From the NCBI GenBank assembly GCA_002269645.1, contig NIVC01000294.1, forward strand, positions 66,623 through 130,622: a stretch of 64,000 nucleotides of DNA, given 5' to 3'. Below the pieces are notes generated by a model, which was not told where the DNA came from, ran no database searches, and saw nothing but the letters and a program-made list of their open reading frames with translations. The position numbers and the translations under genes were made by a program. Every line of letters starts with the position of its first letter. Positions within the stretch are counted from its first letter, which is position 1. Below are positions 1-11,500 of the stretch, one piece after another. The DNA is from Macrostomum lignano. Lineage: Eukaryota.

Positions 1-3000
1 TGGTAGAACTGCATGTTGGCCCTCATTACATGGTGCTACAGCTTATTATGCCATCCCTTGGTGTTGTTGTCTGTTCTAATTGATAACTGGAAGACTAAGA
101 GTTCATGCACTTGCCAATTAGAGTTGCAGATCCATGTGCCCTGGACATAGTTGCAGAGCCTGTGCATGACATTTGTGTACATGTACAGACAAAGGGATAA
201 TGAAAATATCCATCAGATAATATAATAAGGCAAGTCTAAAACTTAGGCATTTAATTCCTAAGAGTGTCTTTTTTATAAGATAAGAAAACATTCAAAATCC
301 TATTTAAGAATTGTTGCCAAAATGGTTGTCGCCAAATTGACCTATTGATGAAATGGGTGTTGCTGAAATGGTTTGTCGCCGAAATGGACCAGATTCAGTA
401 TTCCCAAGGTTGCACATGAATATATAGAATGAGCCTAAAGATTGCCTGTCTTTGCTCCTTTGTAGTGTTATGTTAGGGTCCATGACTAGAACAAATATTA
501 TAGCTGCTGCATTGCAACTCTGTGCTTGATCAGCTCTACTTGTGGCTTTCTTTTAAGTGAGCATAGAAACATTGTCATTAGGTTAGGCCTATGCAGTGTG
601 TATTTCTATGGCAAAGCCAAAGGGTAAGCCTATATAAACAAATGTATGCAAGGCCTATAGCTTACAGGTTGTTTTAGTAAAGTTGTTTAGGGCTAAGCCT
701 AGTCCTAGTTGACAATTTTTTGGTAGGGGGGCCTAAAAATTTGTAATTATAAAAAAGAAGTATACAGTCAGTCAGTGGTCACTCGTATTCTAGTAACTGG
801 CATTACAAATTTACATAGCCTAGGCCTAATGCAATAGATGAAGAAAATTTCTCAAATGCTAGAACTAGAACACGGTACTAAATACATGGTACGATTCTGA
901 AAACGGAACATACAATATGAGAGCTCAAAACCGATTTTGGTTCTGGAATTGGTATAATGAAAATGCAATTTTACTGTACTGTTCCTATAGTGTTTCATCT
1001 AATTGAAAAATATGCGACAATCGTTGATTTAAAAGTTACTATGTGAGTTATTGTGTACGTGTACACTTGCAAAAATTAAACAATAATTGGTTTTTTAATT
1101 GAGCTGCTAAACAAACGTTTTTTCCCATTAATGTTCATTTGTTTTATGTCTAATGATTTTTGTTTTAACGATTTTAACAGTCTTAAAATTAAACCATCGG
1201 TTTTCAGAGAAACATAGTTAAAAATGAGCTTGTATTCAGCTTCAATTTAGTCAAGTTTTCAGCATTCCTTCTGTTTGCGATCACCTCAAACAGTGACAAT
1301 CACCACTTAAAGCAGTTGTAAATATGAAAACCGACGATGGTTTCAAATGAAAAGAAACTACAAGTTGGCGAACTAACATTGTTTATTTAAGGATGGTAAG
1401 ATTGTTGTAGCTTATATTATATCACCTTCGGTTTGCGATCACCCAACCGTACGTTTCCCATTAAAATGATCGTGAAATGAAGCTAGAAGGTAGAAGTAGG
1501 AAAGCGTGTCAAATACAAAAAATACTCGTAGTCACATGTCGAAAATCGCTGCTCATTTCAGATTGAGGGCATCGAAATTCGAAATCCCCCCTCTTTCGCA
1601 CCCTCTCTCACCTTCGGTTTACGATCACTTCCACACATGCACTTCGCTGAAATGATCGCAAACCAAAGCTGGCAATATTACCTTTACCCTAACTTCATGT
1701 GCATTATGTAAAATTTTAATTTTAAGCCAGATTTGATGCACAATCATTTCTATGTGCATTACACATTCAAATGATTGTATACCAAAGCTGATATATAAGC
1801 ATCATCCAACCCATAGTCCGGATGGTGTAATGTGGTACGCCGGAAGGAAAAAGGAGGATTTTCAAGTGGTATGCCAGTGGTACGCCAAAAGAAAGACGCG
1901 GGGGTCCCTCAGTGTATAACTTTGAAAACAGTAAAAATATGGCGGACAAACTTTAACAATTATTAAAAAATAACAGATATAATCAGTGCTCAGAAATTTA
2001 TTTACCAATAATACTAGGCTAAATTATTTTATTAATATATTTATAAAATGATAAATCAAGTTATACAATGCAGGAAAAAATATATGCAATTTTTTACATA
2101 AAATACATTGTCGTGTGATGTAGTCGTATCTTGTATGTCGTAATTTACGCAAAATTACAAAAAGTTTTTACTCTGGCAACGATTTTTTTGCCTGGTGGTG
2201 CCAATGGTACGCTAAAAGTGGTATGCAAATTCAACTTCAGCTTGGTGGTACGCCAAAGGTGGTACGCCAAATGCTTTTTCGAATCGGTGGTACGCCAATG
2301 GTGGTACGCCAATTTTTCGGAAAACTCATTTGGTACGCCGGAAATCTCCGGCGTACCAGTCACCTTCCGGAGTATGGCATCCAACAAACCACACTTTCAA
2401 TTTTGCATATTTTTTGTCAGATTGTTTTAAACATGCCATTTTTCTTCTGCAATGAGCAAAATATAAGGTGATTTTGCAAACTGAAATTAGGCTCTAGCAA
2501 AATAGAAGGTAGGCCCAATCATAAACTGAAGAATCACTAAGTTTTTTCTACCTTTGGCCAATGACCTAGTGGTTGGACAATATCACATTTTCAAGCTTCT
2601 TGAGACTTGATATAACCAATATTTAAGATTAAGCCTAGTTAGTATCTGCTATCTAATAGAGTATAGACCCATTTACACTATCTATCTATCTATCTATCTT
2701 TCAATGCTAATATTGTTTTTTGTTAAATTTGTACTAACTACAATAATAGAAAGAAAAACAAAGAAACAAATAAAACAGCTTGTTATAAACTTGATGTGTA
2801 TCAAATATAAATATGATACTATCATAGTCACATACCTAGTCTAGACTTGAGTCTGACTAAGATAAAAAATTAGAATTTTGTTTTTATTTTTGAGTAAGAT
2901 TAAACAAACAAAAAATGAGATTGAAAATAAGTGATTTGAGAATTGGAGATCAGGCTAAAATTGTGATTTTTATAGGAAGACTTATTCTTATAATAAGTTA

Positions 3001-3249
3001 TAGGCCTATATAAAATTTAGCCTATAGGCCTAATGTCATTTTATATTGTCTTTTACTTTTTACTCAACAGCCACAATCTGTTGCTCTAGTAGCAGTAGCC
3101 TCTAGTTCTTAGAAGTTAGTGGCTCATGGTCCTGCAGAAAGTGTTGGCCTAATACTAGTAGGGCATTAGGTATTAGCAAAATCTCAACATTGTCAACTAA
3201 ATCCTTAACCATATTGTTAGAAAAGTGCTTCAAAGCTAGCCAAGAGAGT

Positions 3250-5050
3250 TGCATAGTATTGGCCATTGACTATCCAGCCAAGCTGCTTTCCTAGCTCAAC
3301 CTGCTAAAGCTATGCTTAGACTATTGTGACCTGACTCTCAGCACTAGCAGGCCCTAAGCAATGTCTAGTTTCCTATGTATAAAAATATGCTAATGGCTAA
3401 CAGTGACTATTTCAAGGCCACATTTAGTTTAGGCATATACAAAAGCTGGAGCCTTTTATCTGAAGCTCAAAGGTGTTACAGCTGAGGGCCTACAGTCAAT
3501 GTTAGAGTTTATATATACTGGCTTGTTGTCTCTGTCATTTGATTAGAGTGATGATATTCTCAATGTAGCATCATATCTTCATAACATTTTTATACTTTAT
3601 TTATTGAATTTAATATTGCTTAACTGTTCTCAAATTCCAAGGCTAAACTGAAAATTTTGGGAATTTTTGAAATGACCTAAAAAGACCAAGTCTCAAAATC
3701 TTGAGATCTCAAAGTGCTGAAACTTTGTTGTTAGAAATTAAGATTAAGATCTTGCCAGGCCCTTTCTTTGACCACCTGCTTATTGTCATTTTGTTATAGC
3801 ATTAATGGCAATCTTTTACTTTTGCACATTTAATTGTTTATTTTTCTTAGATATTTTAAATTTCAATGGGCACAAATGCACAATGATGTGGCTTTAAAGC
3901 TATAGTTCTAATGGTACAATATAACATACTGGAAAATGCATCTTTTGTTATGATATGCAAATGTACATAGCTTTTGTCTTACAAAAAAGATTTAAACAAA
4001 GTGATATCACATTTTAAGCATTATTGCTAAATTATTCCTATCCTTATAGAATATTAAATTTAGAACATGCTTACTTAAATATATTATTTAAGCTTATATG
4101 AAATGAGCTTTACTTTAATATTTTTGCTATTTGTTAATTTATAAAAAAATTATATTGCATTCATAGTCTTTAAACCAAGGTTTTAATCATATTTAAGATG
4201 GTGGCATTTGCCTTAGAAAACTCTAGCATATATAAGGGGTCCCAAATGCACTTAGCATATAATCATGTCATATAGAGATCACTAGTATAAATGTGGAACA
4301 ACTTTTTAATGCATTTTTCATAATTATAAATCTAAAGCTAAATCTATAAACCTTAGTACTACATAGAAAAATTTATGGTATTGATTAAAATAGATATGGT
4401 TTGAGTTATTACATATATATAATATGTTACAAGGGTTTAAAAGAATGGATTGTCATGGAGTGTAGTAGTATATATAGTCTTAAAAATATAGAGGATATGA
4501 CCCATGCCACTGTATAGGAGTTGGGTATTGAGGCTAGGTGGTTTAGCTTTGATGTACAGAACTTCAATTTTTTAAAAACACCTATCAGTTTTTAAGCACT
4601 TTTTAGATTTAAAATTCTAGCACCTCTCTCACTATATGAAATGGTCTTAGATGGAAGATAGTTTGAAAGGCTGGCTTTACTGTCTCAGAGGTCATGTAGT
4701 CTATCCCAAAGGCAGAAGCCTAGAGACTGTATGTTATCAGTGAGTAAATACTGACAAATTTCGCAAGAAAAGGCTAATAAACAAGATGGTAAGAATGTTA
4801 ATGTAAGAAAGCTAGTCTTACTGCAAAAGGCAGGGACTTGCTGTCTGCGCACAGATTTCTATGGTAAGCAGCGCACATACCAACCAGGCATCAAGTGAGA
4901 CTCCTTCCCATCTAGCATGTCAGTTTGAACCAAGCTTGATCAGTAAGCCTAGCCGGCAGGAATGCAAGTGACATGCTATGCCAGAAAATATCTAGCAGTT
5001 GGGAACAAACAAATTATGGATTCTGGTTGGGTAGGAAGAGGTTTTAATGC
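3250..5050 (+). pseudogene. Decayed kelch-like (BTB-BACK-kelch, KLHL-type) gene
   Basis: Manual translation gives BTB remnants PAKLLS*LNLLK..DYCDLTL (~3275-3340), KNMLMANSDYFKATFSLG (~3382-3435) and LKGVTAEGLQSMLEFIYTGLLSLSFD*SDDILNVASYL (~3465-3580), plus a kelch-like GWLYCLRGHVVYPKGRSLETVCYQ*VNTDK (~4668-4758). It has multiple stops and frameshifts, and the boundaries are approximate. Confidence 0.7.
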
Positions 5051-5179
5051 ATTGAAATTGTTATTAACAGACTGTTGTTTAACATTGTTAATTATAATTT
5101 GTATAAAACTTAATTGCATGTTGTTGGCCTTTGAAAACTGAACCAAAGCCATACCCAACAATAAAAAACTGACATCAAA

Positions 5180-5521
5180 ATGACAGCGAATGGCACCGCT
5201 TCGGAACCATTTTTGCCGGTAGGCCGCAGTCCAGAGTCAATCTCAATGCTGCGCGGTCTCTCCGACCGGGAGTCAAACAATCGCAGCGACATATTCTCCC
5301 AGTGTAGAAGCATGTTTCAAGTATGGTACTTTGGCCTCAGCTCGCCGCCAAATCTGTCAGACATGCAGTATCTTGGCGGGGCAGCAGCTGCTGGCCGCGC
5401 TGGCGACCCGTCGCAGCGGTGCAACATCGAGGAGCAGCTGCCGGACCTGCTGCGAATTTCTAAAGCTGCACCGCTGCCAGACGCGAGAGAGAAAGCCACG
5501 GAGCTTCTGGACTTTGTTGAG
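5180..5521 (+). CDS. Sesn: Putative Sestrin exon 1 (N-terminal extension)
   Basis: CpG-rich ORF starting at ATG, with donor gtgagc at 5522. Phase 0 matches the acceptor at 12671. Confidence 0.6.
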
Positions 5522-8500
5522 GTGAGCGATTGATTTATTATTACACATTTTATGCGTCAATCTGTACACAGGCAGATTGAAGAGATTAATAATTGAAAAT
5601 ATTGACTTAAAATTTGACTTTGTCGCCAGTTTAGGTTAGGTTTAGGTTAGGGAACCGTAAACATGATTGATTGTAAAAATGGAAACCGTAAACATGACTC
5701 ATGTTAAAAAGAGTCCCGCAAAGACTGGGGTGTCGTGTGCTGTATGCAATGAAAAAGTAGGGTCTAAATCGTATCAATAGCTTAAATAAATCTGCGCTGC
5801 GTGTACTTTTATTGGAAATCTACCCTCAGCTAGCTAGCATTGAGAGGGGAAAGAGATTTATAGCAAGGCAGCTGACTTTTTCATGCAGGAAATGGCGTGT
5901 TGGGAAAACTCTCTACGAGTGGGAGACGAAAAAATGGGCGGTAAGAGAGAGGGTTGCGGTTCCTAGTCGGTAAAGTGCACCACTGATCTGACCTACAGCT
6001 GTACAACCGCTATTAATCTAAGAGTTTTATTTCTGCTGTTAAAATAAGTTTTCTTTTTACAGTTTTGAAAAGTTTAGCTACTCTCAGATTGAAGATTTAG
6101 ATAACGCAAAACACTGTTACATGCATATTCAAGTGGCTTATAAGAGTGCGTGTGTGTGTTTTTTTAAATCGGTTATTAAAGCATGCCTAACCGGTGTGCC
6201 CCTCTCAGCTGTGTTCTTTCTGGGTGTCGGGTGACAAAGTCTTCTTGTACAATCGTATGCTGCTGCAATATCATGCGGCGCTGGTGTGCAAAAGGTAGAT
6301 AAGAGAGTCGAGTGTGTTTTTTTGCTTTTTTTTTCTCTCTCTCTCTCTCTCTCTTTTGAAGGAAATCAAGATTCGTTTTACTTGTTGTTGTAGTGTCACT
6401 TCCTACTCGGCACCTATCTTTATGTTCAATATGTTCAAAATGCATATAGAATTATATTATATACTCAGCAACATATACCAAACGCTTGGGGTTCTCTGAC
6501 ATGTTGCTGGGTATATTTAAAACTCTATAATTGCTCAATCAGCTTTGCCTGTCAGCTTGTATGCATAGAAAGACAAACAGAAGACAGAGGGAAAGAAAAT
6601 GTTTTGGAGGTAATATCGCTGGCGTTGCAAACGAAATATGAACGCAAAAAATCCAGGGGTTGGGAATTATTAGTATAGTTTTTTTATTGCTAAGAGAACG
6701 AATGAAAAGGTGAAAAATGGCCCAAAACAACCCCGTTGGGGTAGACCCAAAATGAATGCGTGCCTTGTGTAATGAGTAGTTGAACTACAAATGATCAAAT
6801 ATTAGATCATAATTTGACCTAAGTTACGATTTTCTATATTTTGGTTACTCCGTTTAACAGATTGTGCTTGAAGAGACAGGAGAAAGGATTAAAATTTTCA
6901 GAAGTTTCTAGAATTGAAAAGTTTGCAGGAAGTGCTGTTTATATTAACAATGCTTCAAGATCTTACTGACTATAAGCTATATGATGTAGAACGCAATTTC
7001 CAAACTGTAAATTTTCTGCGCACACTAATGCATCTTGCTGAATTTCTTAGTTTTGATTTATTATATTGCTTCAATGGCGTGTACTTTTACATACAAACTA
7101 CTGTTCGCTGACGTTATGCTTTCGCTTTGTCTGTCTGTGTGCTGTGCATGTTATTAATAATATGCTTTTGAAGTGTGTCTGTCTGGTGCCTAGATTTCTA
7201 TACTAAACTTATTGTGTCCTCTGACAAATAGGCTGTGTCTAATAAATCTAATGAGTCTCATGCCTTTGCTAAACTGCTACAAGTTAGGCTGTTGAGAGTG
7301 CCAAAACGTGTGTTTAGAGTGCCAAACTGGGTGTTTAGAGTGCCAAAATGGGTGTTTAGAGTGCCAAACTGGGTGTTTAGAGTGCCAAAATGGGTGTTTA
7401 GAGTGCCAAAATGGGTGTTTAGAGTGCCAAACTGGGTGTTTAGAGTGCCAAAATGGGTGTTTAGAGTGCCAAACTGGGTGTTTAGAGTGACAAACTGGGT
7501 GTTTAGAGTGACAAACTGGGTGTTTAGAGTGCCAAACTGGGTGTTTAGAGTGACAAACTCTGTGTTTAGAGTGCCAAACTCTGTGTTTAGAGTGCCAAAC
7601 TCTGTGTTTAGAGTGCCAAACTGGGTGTTTAGAGTGACAAACTGGGTGTTTAGAGTGCCAAACTTGGTGTTTTGGGTGCAAAACTAGGTGTTTAGAGTGA
7701 CAAACAACTGGGTGTTTAGAGTGACAAACTCTGTGTTTAGAGTGACAAACTGGGTGTTTATTTAAAGTGCCAAAAGTTTTAGCACCGTAAGTATATTAAG
7801 ATGCATAAGTAAGTCGCTAAAAGGGCTAGAATATAGTACTTCTGATTAATTTCATGCTTAGTTTGCATGCAAAAATGGCCTGTTAAAAACAGGGACCCTG
7901 GATTGTCTACTTGGTTCTAAACTACTCATAGGCTGATAATTTTAAATAAATATATATAGCAGATGATTTCTAATTAATAAAGTTGTTGCACAGCTAATGC
8001 TTGAAAAAAAGCAGACAGATTCTAATGCTCTCTTATCGCTTTTATAGCTTCAAGACTGCCTGGATTTTAAGCGTTTATCTTGTCTCTGAACTCTTAGCTG
8101 GGTCTGCCTATGCTTAATGTTTTGCTTGTGTGTGCTAAACTGTGCTAGCATTAGGTTACTGCTTTCCACTGCCTCAGTGCAAAGTTCAAGAATTTTTCTC
8201 TTTAAACTGTGTAATGGTTCAAATGTTTCAAATGCTTTTTCTGATTTCGTTACAAGTTTTTCGTAATAGAAAATTTGGTAATTTATTGGCATTAATTTGC
8301 TGCTGCATTTCTGCTGTTGCACATCGTTTGGCATTGAAGATGCTTTTGCCATCAAAACTGTTTTGCTGTGCTATCTTCACGATTAATCTCTCTTCTCTAA
8401 TCCTCTAATATCCCATCTCCCTATCCCTCTCCTCTCCCGCTTTTCTCCATCTCCCTCTCTTCCCCGCATCTCTCCCCTCCCGCTCTCCCCTCCCGCTCTC

Positions 8501-11500
8501 CCCTCCTGCTCTCCCCTCCCGCTCTCCCCTCCTGCTCTCCCCTCCCGCTCTCCCCTCCTGCTCTCCCCTCCCGCTCTCCCCTCCCTTACTCCCCTCCATC
8601 TCTCCCCTCCATCTCTCCCCTCCCTCACTCCCCTCCATCTCTCCCCTCCATCTCTCCCTTCCCTCACTCCCCTCCATCTCTCCCCTCCCTCACTCCCCTT
8701 CATCTCTCCCCTCCCTCACTCCCCTCCATCTCTCCCCTCCTGCTCTTCCTTCTCTCTTCTCCCTCCGCCTCCCTCTCTCCTCTCTCTCTCTCACATTTCC
8801 CTCTCCTCCCCATCTCTTCTCTCTTTCTCTCCCCTCCTCTCCCCTCCTTTTCTTTCCTCTTTCTCTCAGTCCTTCATTGTAAAGTGATGATTTTTTTCAA
8901 AGCCGTGTAATCATTTATTTTTCCCACCGGCCTTGACCGTTAAAGTGCAATCCCGCCCAGAAACTGGGCTACAGTGCAGGTCATCGTTTACTTTAGGAAA
9001 AGCAATCGCAAACGGACCTCTTGCTTACCTGACGTGTTTCCCAAATCCACCACGTGAATTTTTTTTCTTGTTTCCCATTTCCTGTGGCATTTGGACTTTC
9101 CAGGGTTTGGCATTTAATAGTCATGCCTTAATTCTTCCTGTTTTGCTGTTTCATCATTTGGAATGTCAGGAAGACGTTAGCCAGTGTTAAAGTACAAATG
9201 TTGGTCTCTAAGAGCCTAGCATTAGCTAGATTGTGTGACGCGAAGGCTTGTGTTGCAATGGAGTTTCCCAGTTCTGTGCTCTGTTTTTGTGTGTGCCGGA
9301 ATCCACAGCGCCCCTTCTACTTTGCCCTTTACACTGCGCTGGAGCGGCGTTGTCCAGGGTTCTTCGATTGCACAAAAAAAGGCTGTTGCTTCATGTGCTC
9401 TCCGCTTATAATATGATTGCATGTAGTTCAGAGCTGTGCGTGGGTGAGTCACTTTAAATCCACTTGCTTTCCTGGAATAAACACTGTGAATTAGAGGATC
9501 ATATATATAGGATTGGGATTATTGCTGCGGAAATACCTGACTGACAGAAAAACTGAGCTGGAACCAACTGAGCTGAGCTAAACCAAACTAAATCAAACTG
9601 AACTAAACTGTAAAAAACTGAGATAAACTAAAGCTAACTAGAACAAACTAATCTGAGCTAAACTAAACTAAACCTAAAGAGAGCTAACTAAACTAAAGCT
9701 AACTAGAACAAACTAAGCTGAGCTAAACTAAACTAGACTAAACCTAAAGAGAGCTAACTAAACTAAAGCTAACTAGAACAAACTAAGCTGAGCTAAACTA
9801 AACTAGACTAAACCTAAAGAGAGCTAACTAAACTAAAGCTAACTAGAACAAACTAATCTGAGCTAAACTAAACTAAACCTAAAGAGAGCTAACTAAACTA
9901 AAGCTAACTAGAACAAACTAAGCTGAGCTAAACTAAACTAGACTAAACCTAAAGAGAGCTAACTAAACTAAAGCTAACTAGAACAAACTAAGCTGAGCTA
10001 AACTAAACTAGACTAAACCTAAAGAGAGCTAACTAAACTAAAGCTAACTAGAACAAACTAAGCTGAGCTAAACTAAACTAGACTAAACCTAAAGAGAGCT
10101 AACTAAACTAAAGCTAACTAGAACAAACTAAGTTGAGCTAAACTAAACTAAACCTAAAGAGAGCTAACTAAACTAAACCTAAAGAGAGCTAACTAAACTA
10201 AAGATAACTAGAACAAACTAAGCTGAGCTAAACTAAACTAGACTAAACCTAAAGAGAGCTAACTAAACTAAAGCTAACTAGAACAAACTAATCTGAGCTA
10301 AACTAAACTAAACTAAACCTAAAGAGAGCTAACTAAACTAAAGCTAACTAGAACAAACTAAGCTGAGCTAAACTAAACTAGACTAAACCTAAAGAGAGCT
10401 AACTAAACTAAAGCTAACTAGAACAAACTAAGTTGAGCTAAACTAAACTAAACCTAAAGAGAGCTAACTAAACTAAACCTAAAGAGAGCTATCTAAACTA
10501 AAGCTAACTAGAACAAACTAAGCTGAGCTAAACTAAACTAGACTAAACCTAAAGAGAGCTAACTAAACTAAAGCTAACTAGAACAAACTAAGCTAAAATA
10601 AGCTAAACTAGAACAAACTAAACTTTAGTAAACAAAAAACAAACTGAGCCATGCCAAAACAAACTTTAACTGACTTTGCCCGACCAAAACTGGACCCAGG
10701 CTACAGCTGAACTTATCAAATTTGACTGACAGACTTGGTGCAATCCAAAGTGTGCACCACCTGGTCAAAACAATCGCACCATTGCACTTAGAATCTTTAG
10801 CAGTTGTTGCCAAACCAGAAATGCAAATATGGCCTGATATCGCAGTGATTTCATTTCGTGGTGCAGAAGATTTGTCAAATCTATTTAGTTCTACATGGCG
10901 GTTTTACAATTTGTTTCTGATGAAATAAGCCGATAAACACAAGTGTTCAGTTACTGGCAGTTGGTGCCGAATGTGCAAATTTCTTCAAAACAGCTTGAAC
11001 ACAGATGGAGCCTCAACTCAACTGCCCGTTGTAAACGAGCAGAAGTTCCTGAAATCATTTTTTTAATAAAAGCTAACAGTGTTTAAAAATCTCGAGAAGA
11101 CTTCTTGACGTGTCACCTCTTATCAATCAAGACATTTGGCTTCTTATCTTACCTGGATTGCTTCTGGCCCTGACTAGTGTCTTGAGGATAGTTAAAAATT
11201 CGATTCCAATTTATGGTTTTGTAAAGTTTTTTTCCACAAATTTGGTAAGGTTTAAATTTAGGCCACAGTGCTTGTTAAGGTCACTGGTTTTATGGTGTTG
11301 ATAAACATACTGCAGAAATGTGACGCTTCAATGTGCGATATGGTATAGTTATCTTAGTTTGAAATTACATATAGTTATAGTAATAATCATAATTGTAATC
11401 GTAATCGCAATCATAATTGATTGCACCTGCCCAACTGGGCCAGATGTGCAACCGACAGCTCAGCCGCAGCTATTGCGCGGCGCATCTGAAGGCTGCGTAC

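Noticed and set aside
7235-7687. (VFRVPNW)n, (HSKHPVW)n and (CLECQNG)n ORFs resembling metal-binding repeats
   Set aside because: These are three frames of the same 21-bp minisatellite, with no unique flanking coding sequence or splice support.
7290-7760. CRISPR-like appearance of the regular arrays (also 13455, 62085)
   Set aside because: Units are head-to-tail with no unique spacers, the context is eukaryotic and there are no cas genes.
8383-8703. Gly/Glu/Arg-rich ORFs
   Set aside because: These are translations of the GA-rich strand of a CT low-complexity repeat.
8050-9460. Possible transposase fragments in Sestrin intron 1 (ORFs 8050-8355 and 9222-9452)
   Set aside because: They look like decayed coding sequence, but I could not identify a diagnostic motif, TIR or TSD.
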